NCBI GenBank assembly: GCA_963826825.1
Contig: CAWGYV010000005.1
Coordinates: forward strand, 10,948-74,947
Source: an uncultured Acidimicrobiia bacterium
Lineage (GTDB): Bacteria > Actinomycetota > Acidimicrobiia > Spongiisociales > DATADW01
Direction: 5' to 3'
Length of the DNA: 64,000 nt
The position numbers were made by a program, and so were the translations under genes. Below are positions 53,601-64,000 of the stretch, one piece after another (position 1 is the stretch's first letter; every line of letters begins with the position of its first letter). The notes beneath the pieces were generated by a model that was not told the DNA's origin, did not search any database, and was given only the letters and a program-made list of their open reading frames with translations.

Positions 53601-55421
53601 CGCTGGCTCCCATCGCTGGTCCCATCGCTGGTCCCATTGCTGGGAACTCCCAGGTGGTGTAGCGCCTTCTCCATCACATCGGCGAAGACGGGCGCCGCAG
53701 AGAGCCCACCTGAGCGGAAGGCGTACGAAGGTCCCTCGACGACCACCGCGACCACCAACTCCGGGTCGTCGGCTGGGGCCATGCCGACAAAGCTGGCCAC
53801 GTTCACCTGCCTGTTGTAGCCCGTGTCCTCGAGCTGCTCGGACGTCCCCGTCTTCCCGGCCACCGTGTAACCGGGGATTGCGGCGCGGAGACCGGTGCCG
53901 TGCTCGACCACCTGCTGCAGCATGCGGCGCATGGTCTTCGCCGTTGCCTCGGAGACGACGCGGCGCCGTTCCGGGCGGACCTTGGTCGGTGCGCCGTCAC
54001 CCGACACCACTTGGTCGACGAGATGCGGCGCTACCCAGACCCCGTCGTTGGCTACGGCGCCGTATGCGGCCGCCATCTGGAGCGGCGACACCGAGACCGA
54101 GTAGCCGATCGATGCGGATGCGGTGCACGATCCGCAGGTTGGATCGACGTTGACCGACCCGGCGGCCTCACCGGCGTACTCGATACCGGTCGGCTCGCCC
54201 AACCCGAACCGCTCGAGGAAGCGGCGCAAGCGCGACGTGCCCACCCGCTCTCCGACCAGGATCGTGCCGACGTTGGAGGAGCGGGTGACGATCTCCTCGA
54301 CGGTCATGTCCTCGGGTTCGTGGTAGTCGGGGTCGCCGTAGCACCCGAAGATGATCGTCGGTGCGGCTATCACAGGCACCGTCGACCACCTCGTAGCGAG
54401 CGGGGACGTCGGGTATGACTGAGGTCGGCTTCAACAGGCCATCCTCGAGGGCAGCAGCGATGGTGATGGTTTTCAGCGTCGATCCGGGCTCAAAGGTGCC
54501 CCGGATGGCAAAGTTCCCAAACAGCGTCTCGTCCGACACCCCCTGGCGGTCGTTGGGGTCGAAGTCGGGCAGGGTCGCCAACGCCACCACCGCCCCGTCG
54601 TCCGGATCGAGCACCACCACCGTGCACCTCTGCGCCTCGGCGTCGGTCAGGATCTCCGAGCAGGCGCGCTCGGCGGCGAACTGGACGTCGAGGTCGATTG
54701 TGGTGACCAGGTCGTCACCAGGGTCGGCGGGCTCCACCTGGTAGCGGCCCTGGGGAATGATCCGTCCGGAAGGGTCGGTCTCGACGATGGCGGCACCAGG
54801 CTTCCCCCTGAGGACGTCGTCGAAGCGGTACTCCAGCCCCTCTTTGCCCTCGTTGTCGATGTCGACCCATCCGAGGATGTGGCTGGCGAGGGCACCGGCC
54901 GGGTAGACCCGCTTCGGCTCGGGGAGCGTGTAGATCCCAGCGAGGTCAAGCGCTTGCACCTCCTCCGCCTGATCGAACTCGAGTTGTCGGGCCAGGTAGA
55001 CGAAGGTCGAGTCCTCGCGTAGACGGTCCAAGATCACCGAGGTCGGGCGGTCGAGCACCGCCCCGAGCAGCCGGGCGGCTACATCGGGGCTCTCCACCTG
55101 CTTAGGGTTGGCGTAGATGGTGGTCCCGTCGATGGTCACCGCCATCTCGCGGCCGCGGGTGTCGAAGATCGACCCGCGACGCGCCGCCAGCTCTTTCCGG
55201 GTCAGCCTCTGTTCCAACGACTCCGCAGCCCACCGGTCGGACTCGATGACCTGCACGTAGAAGAGCCGGGCGCCGGCACCCAGCCAGGCGACGAACAGCA
55301 GACCCCCGACCGCGAAGAGACGTGCGTCGGACAGCCCGAGTCGCCGGCCCTTGTTACGGCCGGCCACGGTCACTCCTCCAGCTGGCGACCGCCGGGTGGT
55401 CGGAAGGGTCGCTCCGCCCAC
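53590..55421 (-). CDS. ftsI: penicillin-binding protein FtsI/PbpB (class B transpeptidase), at least two frame changes
   Basis: The N-terminal TM and dimerisation domain are in ORF 54168..55421. The transpeptidase part, with VAGKTGTSE, is in ORF 53507..54379. If the 13-nt repeat unit is really 12 nt, the protein ends ...SDGD-stop at 53590-53592, overlapping murE by 11 nt. Confidence 0.85.
53596..53644 (-). repeat. 12-nt tandem repeat (CCCATCGCTGGT-type, four units, first unit 13 nt) at the ftsI 3' end / murE 5' end
   Basis: Read directly. It encodes an (S/T)SDG-type repeat tail of the PBP and contains the murE ATG (53598-53600). Confidence 0.9.
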
Positions 55422-55491
55422 GGGGCCGCGACCCCGAGTCGAGAACTCCTGCCTCCGGCCCCATCGGCACCAGCAGCTCCGATGTGACCCG

Positions 55492-56845
<1,354 letters not shown>

Positions 56846-56846
56846 G

Positions 56847-56926
56847 GCCAGCCCCCCGGGCGCTGGGACCAAGTTGGAAGCGGGCGGAGTAAGGGGCCTT
56901 CCAATTCGGTACTCCGGGGGGCTGGC
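56847..56926 (-). other. 13-bp perfect inverted repeat GCCAGCCCCCCGG / CCGGGGGGCTGGC with 54-nt spacer in the mraZ-rsmH gap
   Basis: Arms at 56847-56859 and 56914-56926. An inner TTGGAAG/CTTCCAA pairing lies inside the spacer. The left arm starts 2 nt upstream of the rsmH ATG. Confidence 0.85.
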
Positions 56927-56976
56927 GATGAACCAGGTTCACCGCCGCCGGTCGCTCGGTGTCGGCTCCACCTCCC

Positions 56977-57381
56977 TCAACTCTCGACCGCGTCCTGCTC
57001 GGCGCGGGTGGCCTCGGTCAACCATGCGGCGGGCTCCCAGATCTCGACCCGGTCGGCGACTCCGACAAGGGTGACCTCGGCTCCCATCTCGGCGAAGTCC
57101 CGTAGTTCCTGAGGGATGGCGATCCTTCCCTGCTTGTCGGGGGTGATCGGATGGGCCTCGCCGAACCGAAGACGTCGTCGTCGCCTCACCTCGATCCTCC
57201 GCCGATCGTCGTTCAGAATCCCCTTCACCTCTTCAGCCCAGGTCTCGTTGGGGAAGAGCTCGAGACATCCGTCCTCGCCTTTGGTGAGGACGGCGCCTTC
57301 TTCCAGATCGCGGCGGAACTTGGCGGGCAGCACGACACGCCCCTTCTCGTCGAGGGCGTGGCTGTACGTGCCGAGTAACAC
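56977..57381 (-). CDS. mraZ: transcriptional regulator MraZ
   Basis: ORF 56977..57450(-). I use the GTG start at 57381, giving VLLGTYSHALDEKGRVVLPAKFR, and a second repeat DKQGRIAIPQELR (the two DXXXR-type half domains). Confidence 0.9.
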   Translation of the reverse strand: MLLGTYSHALDEKGRVVLPAKFRRDLEEGAVLTKGEDGCLELFPNETWAEEVKGILNDDRRRIEVRRRRRLRFGEAHPITPDKQGRIAIPQELRDFAEMGAEVTLVGVADRVEIWEPAAWLTEATRAEQDAVES

Positions 57382-57428
57382 GTTGTATCTGCTCCGTCCT
57401 GCATACCGCTGATCCTCCGTCGAGTCGC

Positions 57429-57457
57429 AATCTGCCCCATATCGACCCACCTGTCAA
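57429..57457 (-). promoter_or_regulatory. candidate dcw (mraZ) promoter: TTGACA - 17 nt - CAGATT
   Basis: On the minus strand, TTGACA lies at 57457-57452 and CAGATT at 57434-57429, about 48 nt upstream of the mraZ GTG. The -10 match is weak. Confidence 0.4.
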
Positions 57458-57511
57458 CACTTTTTCGCCTTTTTCTCCCACAACGACCCACCGGCCAGTC
57501 AGGCGACCCAC
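57444..57511 (-). promoter_or_regulatory. GTGGG(TCG) direct repeats, candidate MraZ operator
   Basis: On the plus strand, CGACCCAC occurs three times (57443-50, 57484-91, 57504-11) and CTCCCAC once (57475-81). CCCAC starts at 57446, 57477, 57487 and 57507, i.e. spacings of 31, 10 and 20 nt. Confidence 0.5.
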
Positions 57512-57536
57512 TCCCCTCCCCCGGTAGGGTTGCCGC

Positions 57537-58838
57537 GTGGCCCCTCTCCTCCCCGACGTGCCACTCCCCCACCTCGCCTCGTGGCAGGAACAGGGGGGCG
57601 GGATCGCCCTCGCCGAGGCCCGACGATCTAGGGCCGGATGGTGTCGTCGCCGAGATCCGCGCCTCGGGGCTGCGGGGCAGGGGTGGTGCCGGGTTCCCCA
57701 CGGCGCTCAAGTGGGGTGGGATCCTCGAGGAGGCGCCGGCGCGCTGCTACGTGGCTTGCAATGCCGCCGAGGGCGAGCCGGGGACCTTCAAGGACCGGGC
57801 CCTGATACGGGCGAACCCCTACCAGTTGCTCGAAGGGCTGGCCGTGGCCGCCGAGACCATCGGTGCCACCGAGGCCTACGTCGCGATCAAGAGCCCGTTT
57901 CCGGCCCGAGATCGAGCGGCTCGAGACAGGCGGCGACCGAGATGGCGCCTGCCGGTCTCCTCGGCGATGTGCCGATCCGGATCGTCGAGGGGCCGGACGA
58001 CTACCTGTTCGGCGAGGAGAAGGGCCTCCTCGAGGTGATCGAGGGAAACGATCCGCTACCCCGCCTGGTGCCTCCGTACATCGAGGGGCTCGTTCGCCGA
58101 TCAGGCACTCCGCCGGCCCGGCGGTGGTCAACAACGTCGAGACGCTGAGCAACATCCCACGGATCCTGCGAGAGGGCGCCGAGCGCCTTCCGGAGCGAGG
58201 GGACACCCCAGAGCCCGGGGACAATGGTGTTCACCATCTCGGGAGCGGTGCGCCGGGAGGCGGTGGCTGAGTTACCCCTCGGCGCCCCCCTCTCCTATCT
58301 CGTGTACGGGCCCGGCGAGGGGTTGGAGGCGGGACGGAGAGCCAAGGCGGTGATCTCGGGAGCCTCGAACGCCCCACTCGGCGCCGGCCAACTCGACACG
58401 CCGCTCTCCTACGAGGGCATGGCGGCGGCCGGGTCGGGGCTGGGCGCAGGTGGCCTGATCGTCTACGACGACACCGACTGCATGGTCAGGGTCGGCGCCG
58501 TCCTCTCCACCTTTCTCGCCAGGTCGTCGTGCGGTCAGTGCCCTCCGTGCAAGCTGGGGACGACCGCGATCGCCGAGAAGCTGTGGAGCCTCGAGCAGGG
58601 CGAGGGCACCACCGAGATGATCGAGGAGATCGCAGCCTGGGTCGGTCAGGTCACCGACGCCAACCGCTGCGGTCTCGGCCTGGGCGAGCGGGTGCTGACC
58701 GCCGGGCTGCTCGAGCGGTTCTGGGACGAGGTCGAGGCCCACCTCATCGGAGAGTGCCCGCTCCCCGGCGAGACGATCCTGCCGATGATCGAGGACTGGG
58801 ATCAGGAGGCGGGCGGTTCGTGTACGGTGAGTACTTAG
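57537..58838 (+). CDS. NuoF-like (complex I 51-kDa subunit family) NAD(H)/FMN/4Fe-4S protein, at least four frame changes
   Basis: SGLRGRGGAGFPTALKW and CNAAEGEPGTFKDR are in ORFs 57537..58148 and 57751..58038. LFGEEKGLLEVIEG is in the first. SSCGQCPPCKLG...ANRCGLG is in ORF 58224..58838. No other nuo genes are nearby. Confidence 0.65.
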
Positions 58839-58857
58839 TACTTAGTACTAGTACTAG
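58830..58857. repeat. heptamer/hexamer array, AGTACTW family (AGTACTT x2, AGTACT x2, AG); contains the NuoF-like stop codon
   Basis: Read directly. The TAG stop at 58836-58838 lies inside the array. Confidence 0.95.
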
Positions 58858-58950
58858 ACCGGAAGGTGCCGCCAGCCGGGTACTCGTCCGTTGTGCAGAC
58901 CGACGGATCCTGCCGAACTGCTCGTTCCGGCGCATCGAACGTGCTAGTCC

Positions 58951-58984
58951 GTACTAAGTACTGGTACTGAGTACTTAGTACTAG
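58951..58984. repeat. heptamer array, AGTACTW family (GTACTAA GTACTG GTACTGA GTACTTA GTACTAG), inverted partner of 58830-58857
   Basis: Read directly. GTACTAAGTACT (58951-62) is the exact complement of AGTACTTAGTAC (58830-41). It ends 5 nt before the HNH gene stop. Confidence 0.95.
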
Positions 58985-58989
58985 GCCGA

Positions 58990-59491
58990 CTAGGCGCTCT
59001 CCGCCAGGTACGGATGCCAGCGGGGGTCAACACGGTGACCTGCCGAGGCGTAGATCCAGCCATAACGGCGTGGCGACGCCGGTGGGCGGTGGAGGGCGAG
59101 CCCGACCTCGGCCGGTGACCGGTCGCCCTTGCGCAGGTTGCAGCGGCGGCAGCAGGCCACGACGTTGTCCCAGCTGTGACCGCCGCCCCGCGACCGAGGG
59201 AACGACGTGGTCGACCGAGTCCGCCGGACCCGAGCAGTACTGGCAACGGTGGTCGTCACGGGCGAAAACGGCGTTGCGGGTGAGGGCGGCGCGGCGGTTG
59301 AAGGGGACGTGGACATACGACAGGAGACGCACCACCGAAGGGACCTGGACCACGACCGTCTCGGCGTGCCACACCCCGTCACCTACCTCGACCATCGAGG
59401 CACGCTCGCGCAGAACCAGGACCACGGCACGTCGTGCCGGGACCACCGACAGCGGTTCGTTGGAGGCGTTGAGCACCAAAGCCCTGGTCAC
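58990..59491 (-). CDS. HNH endonuclease (one frame change near 59200)
   Basis: N-part MTRALVLNASNEPLSVV...RDDHRCQYCSGPADSVDHVVP is in ORF 59027..59491. SRGGGHSWDNVVACCRRCNLRKG is in ORF 58990..59382. Confidence 0.8.
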
Positions 59492-59536
59492 CTGACCTCC
59501 CGTCGGAGCAGCCGGAGGGTACCAGCGGGTTCGAAG

Positions 59537-59803
59537 CTACCCCGACGGCTTGGCCCTCCGAGCGCGCCGTAACTCGGCCCTCCAGCGGAGCACCGCCACC
59601 AGGTCACCGGGGTGAACCGGATGCTCGTCGGATCCGTATGCCGTCGAGATCCGCCACTTCAGGTACCCCGGCTCGGGAACGGGGACGAAAGGCGGGCGGC
59701 GCCACCACCCCGGCGCCGCCATCGCCCCTAGGAAGCGCAGACCCTCGATCCAGAGACCGGGCCTGAGGGCGACGGCAAGAGCCGCCTTGAACCATGCGGA
59801 CAT
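59537..59803 (-). CDS. small hypothetical protein (88 aa)
   Basis: Last 88 codons of ORF 59537..61207(-), from the ATG at 59803: MSAWFKAALAVALRPGLWIEGLRFLG... The rest of that ORF is antisense to moxR/DUF58. Confidence 0.4.
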   Translation of the reverse strand: MSAWFKAALAVALRPGLWIEGLRFLGAMAAPGWWRRPPFVPVPEPGYLKWRISTAYGSDEHPVHPGDLVAVLRWRAELRRARRAKPSG

Positions 59804-59812
59804 CAGAACATT

Positions 59813-60868
59813 GTGGCCATTGCAGACGTCGGAGAACATGAACCCGGTGCCGATAACATCTCCCCTTCGACCGGAGGACCCTTGCAGCCCCAGACCAAGA
59901 CGCCCACCGCCGAGAATGTCGACTGGTTCGTCGACCGTCTCTCCGCCGTGGTCTCCAACATCGAACTGGTCATACAGGGCAAGCGCGAGGCGGTCGGTCT
60001 GGTCATCACCGGTCTGATCGCCGGGGGTCATGTGCTGGTCGAGGACGTCCCCGGGGTGGGCAAGACGCTGCTGGCCAAGTCGCTCGCCCGCTCGATCGAC
60101 TGCTCCTTCCGCCGCATCCAGTTCACCCCCGATCTCCTCCCCTCGGACATAACAGGCGTCTCGGTGTGGGACCGCCAGGGGAGCGATTTCGTCTTCAAAC
60201 CGGGTGCGATCTTCGCCAACATCGTGGTCGGCGACGAGATCAACCGGGCCAGCCCCAAGACCCAGGCGGCGCTGCTCGAGGCCATGGAGGAGCGCCAGGT
60301 GACCGTCGACGGGGTGACGAGAGCTCTCGAGCCGCCGTTCATGGTCATCGCCACCCAGAACCCACTCGAGCACGAGGGGACCTACCCGCTCCCCGAGGCG
60401 CAACTCGACCGGTTCATGATGCGGATCAGCATCGGCTACCCGAACCGGGAAAAGGAACTGGAGATGCTCGACACCCATGGGGTGCGCTCCACGTTCGACG
60501 GGCTCGAGCCGGTGGTGACCGCCGAGGAGGTGCTGGCGATGCAGCGGGTGGCTTCCGCCATCCACGTGGCGCCCTCGGTGAAGGCCTACATCGTCGACAT
60601 CGTCGAGACGACCAGGTCCCACGGCGATCTGCTGCTGGGGGCGTCCCCCCGCTCGGCGCTCTTCCTGCAGCGGGTGGCGCGGGTGCGTGCCGCCATCGCC
60701 GGACGGGAATACGTGACACCCGACGACGTCAAGTCCATCGTCCAACCGGTCCTCCAGCACCGCATGGCGCTCCGACCCGAGGCATTGATGCGGGGAGCGA
60801 CCGTCGGTGCGGTGGTTGACGGGGTAATGAGCCGGCTGCGGGTGCCGGGCACCAGAACCGGCGCCTGA
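59813..60868 (+). CDS. moxR: MoxR-family AAA+ ATPase
   Basis: Uninterrupted 351-aa ORF with GHVLVEDVPGVGKTLLAKSLA, IQFTPDLLPSDITG, ANIVVGDEINRASPKTQAALLEAMEE and VIATQNPLE. Confidence 0.92.
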   Translation: MAIADVGEHEPGADNISPSTGGPLQPQTKTPTAENVDWFVDRLSAVVSNIELVIQGKREAVGLVITGLIAGGHVLVEDVPGVGKTLLAKSLARSIDCSFRRIQFTPDLLPSDITGVSVWDRQGSDFVFKPGAIFANIVVGDEINRASPKTQAALLEAMEERQVTVDGVTRALEPPFMVIATQNPLEHEGTYPLPEAQLDRFMMRISIGYPNREKELEMLDTHGVRSTFDGLEPVVTAEEVLAMQRVASAIHVAPSVKAYIVDIVETTRSHGDLLLGASPRSALFLQRVARVRAAIAGREYVTPDDVKSIVQPVLQHRMALRPEALMRGATVGAVVDGVMSRLRVPGTRTGA

Positions 60869-62057
60869 TGCCCACTGAACGGGGCTGGGCAGCACTCGGC
60901 GCCGGGTTGGCGTTCTTCGTCCTGTGGTGGGGATTCGGTGAGGCGGAGTTGCTGGCCGCCGCGGTGTTCCTGGTCGGAGCGTTCCTCCTCTCATGGGCGC
61001 TGGTCCGCATGTCCCGCCGACCGGTGGTCGATCGCCCGGAGGCTGACACCAACCATCACCCACGAGGGAGATGTCGTCTCGGTGACCCTCTCGATCGGCG
61101 GCACGGGAGGCGATCGACTTCGGAACGTCGGCTTCGAGGACGAGGTCGCCGGATTGGGGACGGCCCGGTTCGTCGCCGGATCGCTTGCCTGCGGGCGAGA
61201 CCTTCACCGCCGGATACCGGATACTCGCCCAAGCCCCGGGGGGTCTACCGGGTCGGACCTGTCAGGGTGACCGTCGCCGACCCCCTCCACCTCGCCTCGT
61301 CGGTCGGATTAGCAGGCAATGCCGACCGGTTGGTCGTGTACCCGGCGGTCGAACCGCTCGAGGGCTTCCCGCTCGTCCGCGGGCTCAACCCGGCGCTCCA
61401 CGCCAACTCGGCCCGAGTTCAGCCACCGGGGCGGCGAGGACTTCTACACGCTGCGCGAGTACCGGATCGGCGACGATCTTCGCCGAGTTCATTGGCCGAG
61501 TTCGGCGAAGCGCGACGAGCTCATGATCCGCCAACTGGAGACACCGTGGCAGTCGCGGGCGCTGGTCCTGCTCGACGTTCGACGCTCCAGCTACGAGAGC
61601 CGGGCCGCCTTCGAGCGAGCCGTTTCCGGAGCGGCTTCGACACTCCTCCACTTGCGCCGCCATGGGTTCGACTGCGATCTGTGGGCCGGTCCGACGGACG
61701 TGGCCGGCGCCGAGGTCGATGCCCATCCCCGCTCGATGGAACTGCTGGCAGTGGTCGACTGGGTGGACGACATCGACCTGAGGTCGCTCGCCCTCCGAAT
61801 CCGGACCGACGGGGCCGGTGGTGCGCTCGTCCTGGTGACAGGTGTCGCCGACGACGACCTGGCCGCGGTTCGCCAGCTGCTCTCGCCCGACTTCGGAGCG
61901 ACGGTGCTCCTCTCGGTCACCTCCGCCCAGGCCCCGGAGACGGTGCAGTTCCAGCGGGCCGGGGCGGTGACCGTGGTGGTTCCACCCGATGGCTCATGGT
62001 CCGAGCGCTTGGCGACTGGCGATCGAGGCGACATGGTCTACCGCACCAGCCGTCTGA
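60868..62057 (+). CDS. DUF58-family protein (MoxR partner), at least three frame changes; 3' end uncertain
   Basis: The ATG shares one base with the moxR TGA. Own translation gives MPTERGWAALGAGLAFFVLWW (two TM). The middle is in ORFs 60938..61270 and 61185..61526. GGEDFYTLREYRIGDDLRRVHWPSSAKRDELMIRQ is in ORF 61319..62926. Confidence 0.8.
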
Positions 62058-64000
62058 TCGGCGCCGTCGCCATCGCATTGGCGCTCCTCCGCCTCATGGC
62101 GGTGGTGAGCCCCACCGAGACCGGCGCCCCCTGGCAGCTCGTGGTCGGCACCGCTGCCCTTCTCGCCGCCGGCGTCACCTGGGCGGCTATGGCCTATCGG
62201 TCTCCTGGCTGGGTCGTGCTGCTCGCCAACGCCGCCGGTCTGGCGATGATGATCACCAGGGTGGCGGCGCCGGACACGGCCATTCTTGGGATCTTCCCCG
62301 GGTCGGAGACTCCCGCCGCGCTCCTCCCCGAGCTCACCGTGGCCGTCGAGCTGGCCCGGTTCGCCGGCCCGCCGTTGGTGCCCGTGGCCGGGCTGGTGGC
62401 GCTGCTGGTGGTGCTCTTCTGGATCATGGGAGCGCTGCTTGGTCTGGGCGACGGCGGTCCGCCGGCCGCTGCTCGGGCTGGTCCCTCCGCTGCTGCTCGG
62501 GCTCCAGCTGGCCACCGTCGACCGGTCTGCCGGCTCAGCCGATCTGGATCGTGGCGGGCGTCGTCCGTCATCGCCGCGGCACTCGCCGCCATGGCCCACG
62601 ACGAGCGTATGGCGGGATCCGGCCGGTTGCGCCGGCCGACCGGGCAAACGGCGCCCGCCGAGGACCCGGGGATGCTGACCGCCTTCACCGGTCTCACCGC
62701 GGCGCTGGCGCTGATCGGCGCCGTCACCCTCGCTCCGGCCATCCCCGCCGAGGGCAGCCTCGACTGGCGAACGAGGGGACCGCTCGGGTCGGGCGTCTTC
62801 GGCGGCGTCTCCTACAACCTCTTCGCCGGGATCCAACAGACGCTGGTCGGAGCAGTCCGAGGTGCCGCTCTTTCCGCGCCGCGGTGTCGGGTGACGTGCC
62901 ACCCAATCAGCTCTATTGGCGGCTGATCACGCTCGACAGCTTCGACGGCTCGCAGTGGCGCCCGAGCGAACAGCCGGCCCACCATCCCGAGGCGGGTGAT
63001 CAGTTCGAGGATGCCCGACTCGCCTTCCGGGGACGTACCACCGAGGTCCGCCAGGTCGTGGTGGTGGACAATCTGCGCCAGTCGTACCTTCCAATTCTCT
63101 ACTCCCCGGTTGCGTTCGGGAGCGAAGAGGAGTTGCTGAGGCGCAGCTTCTCGGTGAGGCCTGACGGCTCGATCCGCTACGACCTGTTGAGCCGGCCGGG
63201 GCTCACCTACGAGGCGGCGTCGCTGTCTGCCCACGCCGACGCTGTCGGACCTGGCAACGGTGGACGGCGAGCTTTCCCCGATGTTCGCCGAGGCCGCCGA
63301 GGCCGGGGTAGTATCGACGGCGCGCCGGTGCTGAGCGGCCCCGACAATCGCCCGGGAGCGGTCGCCTCGTTTCTCGAGCTTCCCGAGATGGACCCTCGTA
63401 TCGGCCGGTTCGCCACCGACCTGACCGCTGGGGCAACGACCGAATTCGAGAAGGGCGTCCTGCTCGAGCGGTTCTTCCGTGACGAGGGATCTATTCACCT
63501 ACACCGTGGACATCGAGCCCGGACACTCCGCCGAAGACCTCGCCGACTGGCTGTTCACGGACGAGTCGCCAACTTCCGGCAGGGGTTACTGCGAGCAGTT
63601 CGCCACCGCCATGGCAGTGATGGCCCGGACGGTGGACGTGCCCAGCCGGGTCGTCCTCGGGTTCACCCCCGGCGAGACGGGGCCGGACGGTGTGGTCACC
63701 GTTCGGCAGCGGAATGCCCATGCCTGGGTGGAACTCTGGGTGGACGGCCAGGGCTGGGTCCGGTTCGACCCCACCCCGCGCAGCGATGGGGTGAACCCGG
63801 CCACCAACGGTCGGATTCGATCCCCTTCGAATTCGTGCCCGAGGCCGAGGACAAGCGAACCGGGGACAGCAGCCGGGGACCCGTCGATCCGCAATCTCGC
63901 CGAACTGCTCGACCGCGCCGGCCAATTCGAGATCCCAGATGTCTCGGCATGGGAGCAGGGTGGCGGTGCCAGGAAGTCTCGACCTGCCGATCTGGTCCTG
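62033..64000 (+). CDS. transglutaminase-domain membrane protein (TgpA-like), many frame changes, truncated by window end
   Basis: MVYRTSRLIGAVAIALALL and a further TM-rich region are in ORF 61319..62926. Own translation near 63585-63770 gives GYCEQFATAMAVMARTVDVPSRVVLGF, RNAHAWVELW and RFDPTP, the Cys-His-Asp transglutaminase core. Confidence 0.8.

Noticed and set aside
58990-59491. HNH endonuclease as evidence of a mobile element, homing intron or restriction system
   Set aside because: There is no adjacent methyltransferase, integrase, intein or intron context. This small HNH protein family is a common conserved chromosomal gene in actinobacteria. The nearby AGTACT arrays are reported separately.
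59804-61207. Upstream part of the 556-aa ORF 59537..61207 on the minus strand
   Set aside because: It runs antisense to the well-supported moxR and DUF58 genes. It has R/P/G-rich off-frame composition typical of GC-rich DNA. Only its last 88 codons (59537..59803), outside moxR, look like a plausible gene.
61319-62926. Single 535-aa DUF58-transglutaminase fusion protein
   Set aside because: The ORF is continuous only because no stop happens to fall in that frame. MoxR operons normally have separate DUF58 and transglutaminase-membrane genes, and a good ATG (62033) opens the TM-rich TgpA-like N-terminus. An alternative frame gives a DUF58 stop at 62055-57. The junction cannot be resolved until the sequence is polished.

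Overview
GC-rich bacterial chromosome segment (roughly two-thirds G+C by eye, not computed) with Actinomycetota-type core synteny and almost no accessory DNA. Left to right: part of a Tad/Flp pilus locus (vWA protein, cpaF, cpaE/tadZ-like, cpaB), rpsA, polA, tRNA-Leu(CAA), a trp operon (trpE, ygfZ-like, trpC, trpF, trpB, trpA) and ccdA. Next come MFS and MATE transporters, nth, an EamA transporter, a two-domain ThyX-like gene, a membrane class III adenylate cyclase, two ArsA/Get3-like ATPases, a HAD-IB hydrolase, dnaE and a rhomboid protease. Then two tandem phosphofructokinases, rluD-like, lspA, dksA-like and ileS. A full division/cell-wall block follows: divIVA-yggT-sepF-yggS-(NTF2-like)-pgeF-ftsZ-ftsQ-murB-murC-murG-ftsW-murD-mraY-murE-ftsI-ftsL-rsmH-mraZ. 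The window ends with a NuoF-like gene, an HNH endonuclease and a moxR-DUF58-transglutaminase operon (cut by the window end). I saw no rRNA, CRISPR, transposase or prophage signal. Two peculiarities span the whole window. (1) Most genes, including essential ones, are broken by apparent single-nucleotide frame changes (several dozen, judged by following homology across frames). This most likely reflects unpolished-assembly indels, so gene spans below are reconstructed across frames. (2) The few intergenic gaps are packed with tandem heptanucleotide arrays of three families (GACGGNN, AGTACTW, GTAGTGG) and recurrent GC-rich hairpin/C-run modules. This is the most unusual thing I can see directly. 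Other points worth a second look are a translationally coupled PPi-type/ATP-type PFK pair, an acidic region fused upstream of S1, a dcw cluster without murF but with murB, and GTGGGTCG repeats around a TTGACA promoter upstream of mraZ.
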